Below, one piece after another: positions 13,278 to 25,953 of a stretch of 64,000 bases of DNA. The stretch comes from Octopus sinensis (Eukaryota). The notes under the pieces are model-generated. The model did not search any database, was not told the DNA's origin, and saw nothing but the letters and a program-made list of their open reading frames with translations. Each line of letters opens with the position of its first letter. Position 1 is the first letter of the stretch. The DNA lies in assembly GCF_006345805.1 (NCBI RefSeq), contig NC_043010.1:32116001-32180000 (forward strand), given 5' to 3'. The translations under genes and the position numbers were made by a program.

Positions 13278-13677
13278 TCTCTCTATATATAAAGATGAAG
13301 TTGTCTGTATAAGGCAGGTTTGGTAGCTTTCAACTAACACTATCTCCTCTGAGACCCTGCGGTGCAAGTTGACAAAAATTGAGAGTATGATAGAAGAAGG
13401 CTTGCTCTTCCTTCCGTAGAAGAAAAATTTCAAATCAGACCATGTTAACACCAAAAATTATTTACATCAAAAAGGTGCTTTTTTTTCTATGAAAATCTCT
13501 ATTTTTTATGATTTTTTTGACTGCTGTGTTGCCATTTTTCGGTGTATTTCACCCAGAAAAATGTTCACTTAAAGAGAATAACAAGCTACATAATGCAAAA
13601 TTTTTACTTTTCAAAAATTCCATTTCTAAAGGGTCAAAAAGAAAACAAACCCGAGCAACGCCGGACGATACTGCTAG
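13278..13677 (+). mobile_element. Non-autonomous Helitron family N1 (400 bp)
   Basis: A|TCTCTCTATATATAAAG start; 3' hairpin CCCGAGCAACGCCGG followed by ATACTGCTAG|T; A|T target, no TSD; second copy at 50362-50753. Confidence 0.9.
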
Positions 13678-14242
13678 TCTGAATATAATATCAGTACTTT
13701 TAAAAGCAGTGAAAATGTTTTTTTTTTTTATTCTTCAGAGAGTGGTGTCAAGTTCATCTACTGAATTACTCTTTGGTATCATTTTTCAGTTTGGAAAACA
13801 ATAGAAGTGTGCCAGAAATTAGTTCATTAGCATCAGTCTTGGAAACACGACCATTAATGGCTCTGATAGCAGACATGAAATCTTAGCTTCAGCACAGGAT
13901 ATATGCAAATTAGAAATAATAATTACACCCTAAATTTACATTTTGTTCCTTGGAAGCATTCATCATTCTCTTCTAACAAGATAATTAAGAACTTAATTAG
14001 ACAAATCTTCAATGGTTTGATGCTCTTCTTGTCACCAATGCGCACCTGTTTCCAAGCAAAGTATTATTTCCCTTAGCACTATGGACAATGAACATCTCAG
14101 TGCCCAGACAAAATTATGAACAAATGACACTATTTAAATGAATGGTTTAATTTGTTTTCAATATTAAGGGAAGAATACACACGCACATGCACATACATAC
14201 ACATTCACATACATACACATACATGCATATGCACACATACAG

Positions 14243-14292
<50 letters not shown>

Positions 14293-14699
14293 ATATTTCT
14301 GTGTGTAAGGGAGATTCATACTCACATTATTCACAAGGCATTTGTTCTGCTCATGGCCTCAGTAGAAGATAGCTGACAGCATCCACATAGAGGGAACAAA
14401 CCATAAACCCCATGGTTCCTCTCTGTGTTTCTGTATGTGGTATTTTATAGCACTGCACACATTATATGACTATTTGTATTATTATTAATCTTAATCTTGG
14501 ATCTAATCTTATTCTGTTTCCTATAATCTTCAAAACTTTTTTTTGATTTTTGGTATATTATAACTGCTAGTATTCTCTTCTACAGATTTAGCATTATTAT
14601 TATAGTTAAAATAATTAAAAATGTACATTTTGAATATGAATGTACTTTTTCTTTCTACTTGTTTGGTATGGGAGAAGCAGCAGTGCTCATGGCCTTCGT

Positions 14700-15045
14700 A
14701 GAGCCTCCAAAACAAGAGAGATTGATGCTGTTTATGGTTTTGAACATTCGTAAGTCAGTAGTAAAGGCATGAGCAGGGAGGAAATTTCAAAGGGTTACAT
14801 TTTGTCAAGGAAGAAATGGGTGTGGGGATTAGTGCAAGACCTGGTGTGGGTGGATATAACAAGGGCAAGAGGAGGAGACATAGGGTGTCTGAAATACCTA
14901 AGTGAGGATGGTATGAGCTCAGCCATCTCCAAAGAGGAGAGATCATTATAGTAGCAGTAGAAAAGGCAGAGAGAGGATACAGTAAATGTATGAGCCAGAG
15001 AGTAGAATATGTCTGTAAAGGACTTTATACCAGTCAGTTGCACAG
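14700..15045 (-). pseudogene. L2/CR1-group LINE 3' end fragment
   Basis: VSSLCLFYCYYNDLSSLEMAELIPSSLRY resembles the ORF2 C-terminal SL.LFYRYY.G.CS.EL..L.P motif. Confidence 0.6.
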
Positions 15046-15679
15046 CTCTATTTTGAAAATGTCTATGTGTGTTGTATCAGCACTAACCCAGATGTGAGAA
15101 TAATACTCCATCATAGGCCCACCTGAACTTTGTGTGCATGTATTTGTGTTTGTGTGTATGCATGCATATATGCATGCCTTCACTTTTCTTTTTACTTAGT
15201 TTATTCTTCCAAGTTGTAGGGAGATGGTTTCTAACAAAGAAACAAAGCTCTATCATTGGAATTTGGAAAACATTACTTTTCAAACATTAGGAATGCCTTG
15301 CATATTTTTACTGTTCCATCTACAGATTATATCTGTAAAGTACATGCTGGTGGGTTTCTTTTTTTTTCCCCATCACAAAAAACAACTTCTCCAAATTGTC
15401 AAAACCAAGTGTTAATGATTATTGGTATAAATGTGAATTTATCATCAAGATCAATAAGCTGAATGTTTTTAAAAAATTTCCAGCTTCTTTACATTGATTT
15501 TAGAATAGATATTTTAGCCTCTATGGCTGTACATCATCCTTCTTTTCTGCCCCAAATATGTATATCAGGCCTGTAATGTTTCCACTTGGTAGAAATTTTG
15601 ATGGGAATTTACACCAGTATTCCTGTGCATGTATATGTGCATGTGTTAAGCCTGTACACATGTATGTATATTTGTGTAT

Positions 15680-17030
15680 ATGTTTTTCTGTTAGCAAAAA
15701 GCAAGGGATATTGTAAAACATCATATGAACAATGAGTTTCATTTATGAACGTGATGCTATTGTTACAACATTTCAAAACAATATCTCATTTACCATGTTG
15801 TTCTCCAACCATAATAATAGCCACTTCGTTACACTCAGGAACATTGAATCAATGGACATGTTCTCCGGCTGGTCTTTTGTTGGCATCAATGACAACTTAA
15901 AAGTCCACAGTTGAAGTATATTCTAAAGCATACTGAGAGCTTCTCACATAAGAATTCTATTCGTAAAGCATTTCATGCAGCTTAAAAATAAGTTCTAATC
16001 TTCTACCTGGACAATTCTTGTTGCGATACTGTGCTTCTTTTCGATTGTCACCTATGAAATATATTTGTAAAAATTGTGGATCTTTATTCGGTAAAGGCTT
16101 AAGAGAGACAATTATGTGATAAATTTGTCCTTGCACTTTAAAAGTTGGCATAAACCCACTTTCCCTAATAATTTTTGCCCCAAATGATGTCATTTGAAAA
16201 GCACAATTGTATGCTTGAATATTTTTAAGGAAGTGATTTGATTCTGAAATGGTTCCCCCCAAAAAGATGTTTTATAAGTTCTGGAGGCTCAAGTTTTGGT
16301 AAATGGACTTTACCTTTAGAACAACACATACCTAATGATTCCTTGTCCCACTTCCTAGCACCACACTTTATCCATGTTTTGCACAAAGAGCCCAGAGAGA
16401 CAATTTTTTCAGATGCATAAATTTCTGTAATTTTCTTTCTTTCTCTGCAATCTTATTTCCATATCTTTATCGCCTTCTTGTTCTCTTGTCCTCCTCTCAT
16501 ATTCCCTCATATTTTGCAACTTAGCGTTCTGGTGGTTTTTATTTTCTTCTACAATTTTTCATATTAAGTGTTTGAATTCCAATTCTTTTGTCTTTTTTAC
16601 TGTTTTGTGATATTTCATTTCTTTTCATGCTCATGATTGTTTATGGGAAAGAGAGCATCGTAGTGGCCATTGTCAATTTTGTCACTATATAACACTGAAA
16701 TCTTCCTTTCTGCAACTGTTCAACCATAAACTGTTGAACAGAGGAAGAATAATTCCATCATCATTTTTGCGATAAACCTGAATTGCAACATTGTACAATT
16801 AACTAATGGCAGCTAATTCAACATTACTGCTGTATGTTCCATCCCTGCTCGTGTATGCTTGGAATTCATGTATTGTACTATTAGGAATAAAAGAATGAAA
16901 ATACTTCCATTTATTGCATATGTATTGTACAGACTCTTCCTGAAAAATTTGATAATTTCTGTTGTTTCTGAGCAAGAGTGACACAGCTCTGAACATACAG
17001 TTACCATCACCCATGACCTTATTAAATTAA
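15680..17030 (-). pseudogene. Decayed autonomous Helitron: OTU protease + Zn-finger + Rep N-terminal region
   Basis: In order on minus: VMGDGNCMFRAVS...NVELAAIS...DNGHYDAL (OTU Cys and His boxes); CGARKWDKESLGMCCSKGKVHLPKL (Helitron Zn finger); HFLKNIQAYNCAFQMTSFGA...FKVQGQIYH...FLQIYF; PAGEH...FNVPECNEVA...SYDVLQYPLLF. Multiple stops and frameshifts. Confidence 0.9.
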
Positions 17031-17500
17031 TGTTCTTGTTGAATATTTTTCAATAAATTCAGTAAGGAACTTCACCTTCAGTTTAAACTTTAGATGGTTT
17101 TGTGAACAGAATTACAACACCAAAAAGGATAAGATACTAAGTGGTAGCAATTTCCCCTTTAGAAATCTGTTTCTCTAACTTTGCGATAGATGAATGAGTG
17201 ATTATAATATAATATTGTAAATAATAAAAATGAAATTAATAAGGTACTTCACCTTCAATGTTGACTTGAAACATTGTATTTGTGAAAAGAAAAGTGAATT
17301 GCCTCTATGTATTCAGTAGATGATAACTTCTTTACCATCTTTTCATAAATGGAAAAAAAGAGAATACTTCAGTTATTCTTGGATAATTTCGGTTTAAACA
17401 TTGTCAAATACTTGTCTATAGATTTGTGAGTGTGTGTATGTATGTTACAGAGAAAGAGAAAGAGAGAGAGAGAGAGACACACACACACATACACACACAA

Positions 17501-17531
<31 letters not shown>

Positions 17532-17542
17532 CAAAGAGAGAT

Positions 17543-17575
<33 letters not shown>

Positions 17576-17642
17576 GTGAGAAGCAGAGAAAAAGAGAGTG
17601 AGAGCCAGATAGAAAGAGATACGATAGAGAAAGAGACTGAAA

Positions 17643-17674
<32 letters not shown>

Positions 17675-17890
17675 CGCTCCGATGACAACTGAATTAGTGT
17701 TACTATCCCTTTGCCACTCCATATTTGTCACTTATGCAACTCTGTCTTTCCCTTCCCTAATATCTGTCACACTTTCTATGCCATTATGTTTACGCTCACA
17801 CTATCACTCTTACATCCTCCTCATTTTATCAAATGATATCCCAACTTACCACTCCAATTTTATAAGTTATAAGATATTCATATATATAAA

Positions 17891-18147
17891 GTAAAGGCTA
17901 TTTGCCAACAAAATGTGGCTATCCCAAAAGGGATGATGCTACTGTTGTTTTAGCCCCAAGAAACATTGTGTCTTGCTGGCTATACAACACACTATCTATG
18001 TCCTTATGTTTTCGAACAGGGAGCTACTGTATAAGCACACTGATAGTATGTTGTATAGCCAGCTAGAAACAATGTTTCTAGGGGCTAAAACAACAGTAAC
18101 ACCGTCCCTTTTGGGACAGCCACATTATGTTAGCAAATAGCCTTTAC
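17891..18147. mobile_element. Fold-back MITE with about 105-bp inverted arms
   Basis: Arm 17891-17996 (gtaaaggctatttgccaac...cactatc) is the reverse complement of 18041-18147 (gatagtatg...gcaaatagcctttac) with scattered mismatches. Confidence 0.88.
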
Positions 18148-18267
18148 TTCTTTAAAGAACTGTTACTGAATGTCTCTCTTTGAGAGATTTAGAAATAATT
18201 ATACATATACATATATATATATATTTATATATGTATGTGTGTGTGTGTGTGTGTATATATATGTGTA

Positions 18268-18308
<41 letters not shown>

Positions 18309-18309
18309 T

Positions 18310-18358
<49 letters not shown>

Positions 18359-20548
18359 CTGTTTGTATTTTAGCTATCTATATATGAGTGTATGTGGATA
18401 CATGCATATACACATTCAAACATACATACACATATACGCACATGAATGTATGCATATGTACACATATACATATGCACTTGCATATATAAACAAACACACA
18501 CATGCACACATACATACATATATACACACACACACAGAGTAGTGGTGAAGATGAAAGCCCCATGATGGGAGTCAGTTTATGGAATAGATAAAACTGCCAG
18601 TGCATGAAATCAAGTGTCTTTATAGACAGGAATTATACCAAACATCAAACTATCGAAATATTCACTGACCAAACTACTTTATCAAATGATCCATAAACCA
18701 TTTTGTCGTACTATCATTCTTTTGTTCTTCCATTCTTCTGTTCTGTGTTGTTGCCAATAACGCTTGCTGGCGTCATTCTTTTCTGTGTTGGTCTGTTTTT
18801 CCTTCCTCCTAAACTGCCCATAACCTCTTCCTTGTTCCATTATAACCTTTAATGGTTTATTATTCTTAAAATAATTACTGTGGATCCATCAGATATGATT
18901 TACTGCCTCCTTCCATTCTCTCCATGTCTGATTCCCGATATGGTTATGTGTTAATAAATGCCTTTGAACTCTCTTAATTTCATTCTCTCTGTTTTGTTGT
19001 TAGTGTGAAGACTGAGAGTTTTGCATCATTTTGAGATGTTTCTATGGCCTTGAGTTGTTCTAGCAAGTTGTGTATAATATTATTTAACTATGTATGTGTG
19101 TGTGTAAAGATAAACAAGCAAGCAAATAGATATATATATATATATATAAGCATAATGTGTGTGCATTTGTATGTGTATTAGTATGGATATGCATACACAT
19201 TCATATATGTATATGTGTGTGGGGGTGTGTGGGGGTGTATGCGCATGCATGCACACATCCATTAATGTAGTTGAGTTGTTTGTGTATGTGACTGTGTTTT
19301 ATGTGTATTTGTTCCCCTTCTCCTACAAGAGTTGATAAAATATGTACCAGTTATGTAGTTGGGGTTGGCTGTGGTAGATGATTATATGACTGACTTTATA
19401 CTCTCCACCATAAACCTTTGTTAGATGCTATCTTACATATTTATATCAAAATATGTTTCCTGCATTCACAATCTACCTCTGCTCTTTTAAGCTTAGTGTT
19501 TTAATGCAATTTACTGTTGCAAGCTAAACTTGCTTTTCTCTCTATTTGTATCAAGATATCTGTCCCAAATTATTTGTATCAAAATATCTACACATATCAG
19601 CCAATATCTAGTGTCTTCCTCTGCTCTCTTGATATTAGTGTTTTCTTGTTAATCAATGTTAGAGACTTGCTGGTTTTCTCTTCATGTGCAGTGAGTCTTC
19701 CATGTTTCACAAACATATTGCAGTATATCTTCTACGCTGACTTCTGGATACGTATCTTTTAAAGAGAAAGAGCGGGGGGAGGGGGAGACCACCTCATCTA
19801 TTTTGAACTGATGTAGCAGTTTTAAATTTATTCTATCTTTGAATCTCAGCTCCTGTGTCATTCCCAGGTCTTTTTGTGTCCATCCAAATAGTCTTACTAT
19901 TGTGTCCACTTCACAGTAGAACTGGCAAAGGACTAAGGCAACTGAGGAAATGTGATTAAGATGATTGACTAATCTTGGCAAAGCTATGTTTTTGGAAGTA
20001 TAATGTGTATATACACAACTAGGCTCCTTGTCCGATTTCCTTGTCAAGCCTTCCCCATTGCTTCTCATCTCTCTGTCACTGATCCCTCCATCACTTGCCT
20101 AACTGCATTATTCTCTGCTGTAATTAAATGCAAGCAGAACAATATATTTCACCATCATAATTTTCTGTGATATCTATCATATTTCTCAGAACCTAGAGCT
20201 ACTTTATTTAACATTTTGCCCTCTTTCTTAACATTGTCCTTCTCTGCTCACATTTTACATTGATCACCCTTCTGTGCTATCATATTATCTCACCCTCCCC
20301 CACACACTACATATGTCTCCTCCCTCACACTCTTACAACCTACTTACCCACAAGTCTTCCTTTCTCTCATCCTTCCCCTTTCTACTTTATCATTACTATT
20401 CTTCTGATGTTCTTCACCCCTGCCTCACATACAAACACATATGTCATGAATGATGCATGTGTGTGTGTGTGTGTGTTTGTATAGTGTACTATTTGGTGAG
20501 GTTAACAAAAATGTACTCCATCTGGTGAGAGATAAATATAATTTGATA

Positions 20549-20824
20549 AACACAATATATGTTTTTATGCGCTACTATTAGCTTTATGTGCTGAGAGCAG
20601 GCCAGACACCATTCTTAACATGTCTGGTATCCTAGCACAATCTTCAGACACTAAAAATGAGATAATAGGATGAGAAAAAGTGAGCTGTTGTCCCATTTTT
20701 AGTTTGTTATGCCATGTCGGCAGTGTCTGAAGAGTGTGCTAGGACACCAGGCATGTTAAAAAAATAGCTCTGGCATACTCAGCACATGAAACTAATAGCA
20801 GCACATAAAAACATATACTGTGTT
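20549..20824. mobile_element. Fold-back MITE, TA-flanked (Tc1/mariner-type ends)
   Basis: About 105-bp inverted arms (aacacaatatatgtttttatg...tcttcagacact / agtgtctgaaga...aaaacatatactgtgtt); TA on both sides. Confidence 0.8.
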
Positions 20825-21019
20825 TATTAAATAAAAAATATATATTATTTGCTTGTTTCTTTTACATATGTTGTTCCATGCTATCATGGGTTAGGTGAGT
20901 GCATATTATTAAGACATTGTTTTATAGCTCATTGCCTCTTCATATACCCTTACTGCTTATCAAGAGATTTTTCTTCTACACATCTTCAAAAGCACAGAGG
21001 GCTTGTGCATATGTATGTA

Positions 21020-22159
21020 CAAGGTGTTCAGGATAAATTTGAAGAGTTATTTTAATGTTTCCTTTTTTCAGGAACAGCTTGATGTTTTGGTGAACTGTCA
21101 ACAGCGTTGAAGAACATAAAGATTAAAATTGTAGTTGAGTAAAAGTTAGTTGACATTTAAGACTGGAAACCACCTGAATATTGGAAAAGGGTTACTTGTA
21201 TCATAATGATTTGTGCTGGATATCAAAATGCTGACATCATGACTGCTGCTCAATGCTGTAAAGGCTGTAAGACATGACATGGACAATTACAATGGAGACT
21301 ACAAAGTTGTGGCCAGCAGGATGGAACACAGCAAGAATTCTGACTGCATCCATATGCTGGAATTTATCCAACTGATGAACAGGGCCTTAGGCTCAATTCA
21401 GACACTATGTGAAGCTGCTGGAGACATTGCTGCTGGAAGGCCATATATGTGTGGCAGCAGGATTTGGTTCATTGACACACCTCCATTGCTGCTGGAAGGC
21501 CATATATGTGTTGCAGCAGGATTTGGTTCATTGACATACTTCCAGAAAATGTCAGAAGTGGTCATTGGAGAATTTCTACAACTTCTGATTTCCTAATTTT
21601 CTCAATTGTAATCCCACGAATTACTATATGTGAAGCACGGTTAAGGAAAACACCAACTGCTATGCCTGCATCACCAAGGCCGAGCTGGTTGCTAAGAACA
21701 AAGGCGGCGAACTAGCAGAAACATTAGCACGCCAGACGAAATGCTTAGTTGCATTTTGTCTGCCGTTACGTTCTGAGTTCAAATTCCGCCGAGGTCGACT
21801 TTGCCTTTCAATCTTTCGGGGTCGATAAATTAAGTACCAGTTACGCACTGAGGTTGATGTAATCGACTTAATCCATTTGTCTGTCCTTGTTTGTCCCCTC
21901 TGTGTTTATCCCATTGTGGGTAATAAAGAAATATAAGATCAAAGAGATATTCAGAGATCATCTTAAAGACACTTGTGCCAGATTCTGGAGCCATCTGGAG
22001 GACATGGCGGAAGCTGAAGGTGGCTACTGTGAGCAAATTGTAATCTCCCAGCCATAATCTAGTTGATATTTTTTGCTTTTTTAAAATACTTCTATTTTTG
22101 GATGGGATATTGTTTTCTTTCCCTTTATGCAAACTGTCAAATTTAGCCTGAACACCTTG
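21020..22159 (+). mobile_element. Internally deleted Tc1/mariner-superfamily transposon, DD37D (maT)-like
   Basis: TIRs CAAGGTGTTCAGGATAAATTTGA / TCAAATTTAGCCTGAACACCTTG (1 mismatch in 23), TA on the left. Remnant motifs PPEYWKR, NGDYKVVASR, GRPY.WQQD (59-bp segment tandemly duplicated), NCNPTNYY, CARFWSHLEDMAEAEGGY. Confidence 0.85.
21703..21933 (+). mobile_element. SINE family A inserted in the maT-like element
   Basis: Full length; 10-bp TSD taagaacaaa (21693-21702) / taagatcaaa (21934-21943). Confidence 0.92.
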
Positions 22160-22695
22160 TCCATATATCTATATCTGTCTATCTACATATAAGTGTGTGT
22201 GTGCATGTGTGTGTGTGTATGTGTGTTTGTGTGTGTGTGTGTTTTCTTCTGTTTTTAATTATTTCAGTTCTTCCTCTGAGGAAGGAGCTAGTTTCTAATA
22301 AAAATACAGAGTTCCATGCATGTAGACACACTGATGATAGAGAGTTGATATATATGTATATGTTATAATTTTCTGTGGAGTGTATAGAGCAGTGTTGTAA
22401 CTGTATCCCACAGAATTATATCAGTCTTCTGATAAAGCATGTTGATAGAATCAATATCTTTGTGTTGCATTGATACATGTGAAGAATGTAATGTAGGGAT
22501 GCTGGAGTATTTCACAAATAAATGTCTTTCATTACTTAAAAAAATTGCTATCTGTACATCAATATAACAAGTAGATGGCATTATCCTTTCTCTCTGTCTC
22601 TCTCGCTTTCTGTCTCTGTATGTGTCTCTCTCGAGGAATTTTACATTATATAGTTTTTAGACATGTTCATTTGTTGAGTGTTGTAGTCATGTCTT

Positions 22696-23078
22696 GTGGA
22701 GGCGCAATGGCCCAGTGGTTAGGGCAGCGGAGACGCGGTTGTAGGATCGCGGTTTCGATTCCCAGACCGGGCGTTGTGAGTGTTTATTGAGCGAAAACAC
22801 CTAAAGCTCCACGAGGCTCCGGCAGGGATGGTGGTGATCCCTGCTGTACTCTTTCACCACAACTTTCTCTCACTCTTACTTCCTGTTTCTGTTGTACCTG
22901 TATTTCAAAGGGCTGGCCTTGTCACTCTCTGTGTCACGCTGAATATCCACGAGAACTACGTTAAGGGTACACGTGTCTGTGGAGTGCTCAGCCACTTACA
23001 CGTTAATTTCACGAGCAGGCTGTTCCGTTGATCGATCAACCGGAACCCTCGTCGTCGTAACCGACGGAGTACTTCCAA
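22696..23078 (+). mobile_element. tRNA-derived SINE family C, young
   Basis: GGAGGCGCAATGGCCCAGTGGTTAG (A box), GGTTTCGATTCCC (B box); 11-bp TSD agtcatgtctt (22685-22695 / 23079-23089); near-identical inverted copy at 53159-53541. Confidence 0.92.
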
Positions 23079-23549
23079 AGTCATGTCTTATTTTCCCTTC
23101 AACATTCACTCAATATCACTGGATAAGTTGGATGAAAGGTATTGAGTTCATATTTGTATGGTTGTATTACTGTTTAGCCTCAAGTGAAATCGTATGAATC
23201 AAGCCTATGAGCAAAAATATTCCAGGCATGACAGTCTCATCAACATAGAACATCTACATAGAACTATCTAATGTGGCCTTTTTTTCTTTTGTAAGATAGT
23301 AGGATATGATTTGAGGCACATTTTGCATGCTATTTCTACCAGAAGTGATGGTGGTAATGCTTGATTCAAGTCATGTGGGTGGATGTCTCCCTTCTGTCCA
23401 GGGTATTGTGAGCTATTTATTATTTATTGCTGCATTCACATTTTGATATACCTTGTAAAAGAGTCCTGTTGTGTGTGTGTGTGTGGAGGGTGTGTGTGTA
23501 TATGTATCTAATATAGTGTGTGTGTGTGTGTGTGTAATTGGTATTCTCT

Positions 23550-23685
23550 CCAGATTGAGCCACTACTCTGCAATGAGAGGTTACAGCTCCAGTACTACAG
23601 ATGTGATTAGAATGTCACCAGAAAGAATTGCAAGGCAGAGTCTTCAAGCTGAGCCAACCAACAGGAGACTTTGGGATGGGCCATG
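23550..23685 (+). pseudogene. RTE-type LINE C-terminal fragment
   Basis: DVIRMSPERIARQSLQAEPTNRRLWDGP resembles GHV.RM...R.....L...P.G.R..GRP. Confidence 0.55.
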
Positions 23686-23690
23686 AATGA

Positions 23691-24885
23691 GAAGGTACAT
23701 TCCAGAAGTTTTAAGACTTTTTCAGGAGACACATTTATTAATTTCAAGCGAGTAGATAACTCTTCTCCAAAGTAAGATCCTCTGATTTCAGTGCACTTAT
23801 TGTAGTGTTCCAGCCACTTAGTGAAGACCCCCATGGAAATACTCTAAAGTGAATGTGTCCACAATATTTGTCACAGCTTCCTTCATCCTCAAAACAACTG
23901 TCCTTGACACTCTCCTTCAACTTGGGAAACAACCAAAAAAGATACTAGAGCACAGTCTGTACTGTAGGTAGGATGAAGGACAGTTTTGTTGCCCATCTAT
24001 GTCAAGTAGCTGGTTACAAGATACTCATCACTGAGCACATTGGGAATAAACTTTGCACAAATTTTTCACATGTTTAGATTATCATTAACTAGCAGTATCA
24101 TTAGATTAGGTAGGTTGTTCACGAATGTCCTCCTAAAATTGGAGTGACATGCATGCTAATTTGTGGACGTGCGTAAATTACAATCACGTACACACACACA
24201 CACACATCCTGCCTTATATATATTAGATTATCATTAACTAGCCTTGCTCGAGATTAAGTTATGATTATTAAGCTAATCAAGTTCTTTATTTCAAACCAAA
24301 CTAAGTTATATCGACGTCAAATTTGGGCGAAATCCATTGAAATTGGTAGGGTTATTTAAGGAAATAAAGATAACTTCTATTATATGTTTGAAGGCTCTGC
24401 TGTCAGGTGTTTGTAATGTTCATGAGATATTTGAAAGGCAGTGCTAATATGTTAAATAAATGGATTCTCAACAAAACACTTTTTTACTTGGTGTAAAATA
24501 AAAACAAAACTCTTTCGCACCCAAAGTAATATATGTGTGAGAGAGTGGGGGAGAAAGATGAACGATTTAAAACAAATAAATAATTTAAAATAAATATATC
24601 GTAATTGTTGTGTGAGAAAGTATATATACTCTGATTATAAAATATAGTGTCTTTTAAAACCATCCTAAATTTGAACACTATATTTCATGTTTAAGAAAAT
24701 ACAAAACATTTTACATTTTATTTTTTACTAGCAGTATAACCCGGCCTTGCCCGGGATTAAGTTACGATTATTAAGCTAATCAAGTTCTTTATTTCAAACC
24801 AAACTAAGTAACATAGATGTCAAATTTGGGCAAAATCTGTTGAAATTAGTTATATTATGTATATATATATTATATATATATATAT

Positions 24886-24952
<67 letters not shown>

Positions 24953-25922
24953 AATATAATATAAATATATATGGGCAACAGACACAAACACATATACATA
25001 CACGTACATACGTACACTTATGTTCATAAACAGAAATTAATGGAAAAAATGTTGTTAAATTTGTAGATTAACACTCGCACAATTTTCACTAAGAAAAAAA
25101 ATCATTTTTTTTGTATGGAATCAACTACTCTGGCCTCAAGACCCTTTTTGTGGTCCGTGAAACGGAGTGGGGTGTGGTGGAAGCCTCGCAAATTGTACCC
25201 ATTTATATTGTGTAATTCACTGACAAATTGTTACTCACCTCTTTGTTTCTTTGTTGTTAAATAAATGGATTGTCAACAAAACACTTTTTTACTCTGTGTA
25301 AAACTAAAAACAAAACTCTTTCGCACCCAAAGTATTGTATGTGAGAGAGAGGGGCGGGGGAGAAAGATGAACGATTTAAAATAAATAAATGATTTAAAAT
25401 AAATATATTGTAATTGTTGTGTGAGAAAGTATATGTACTATGATTAAAAAAATAGTGAGCCCTTCAAAAACAAAAAACAAAATATTTTACATTTTATTTT
25501 TTATGAACGTAGTCACTTACTCTCTCTCCCTCTCTCACTTTGTCTTTCCCACGAAACCTTCTGCCTCCTTCTTCCACTTTTCTTTATCTTATTTTTTTTG
25601 TTAGATGCTGTCAAAAAAGCAATGGCTCTCTCTCTCTCTCCCTCTCTCACTTTGTCTTTCTTGTGAAACTCTCTGCCTCCTTCTTCCACTTTTCTTTATC
25701 TTATTTTTATTTTTGTTAGACGCCGCCAAAAAGCAATGGCTAATATTTGTTATGGTTAAAAGCTATGATTGAGAATGGTTGAAAATAGAGTTTTACCCTA
25801 TCCGCAGGTGCCTCGGGGAAAAAAATAAGTTGACAAAACCCAGATAGGATGTTGACAAATGTCCTCCTAAAATTTGAGCGACATAGTGCTAATTTGTGGA
25901 TGTGCATAAATTACAATCACGT

Positions 25923-25953
<31 letters not shown>

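Noticed and set aside
19682-20068. 128-aa ORF as a gene
   Set aside because: ILQYVCETWK resembles the RTE LLYGCETW motif; most likely a very old LINE remnant, too decayed to annotate.
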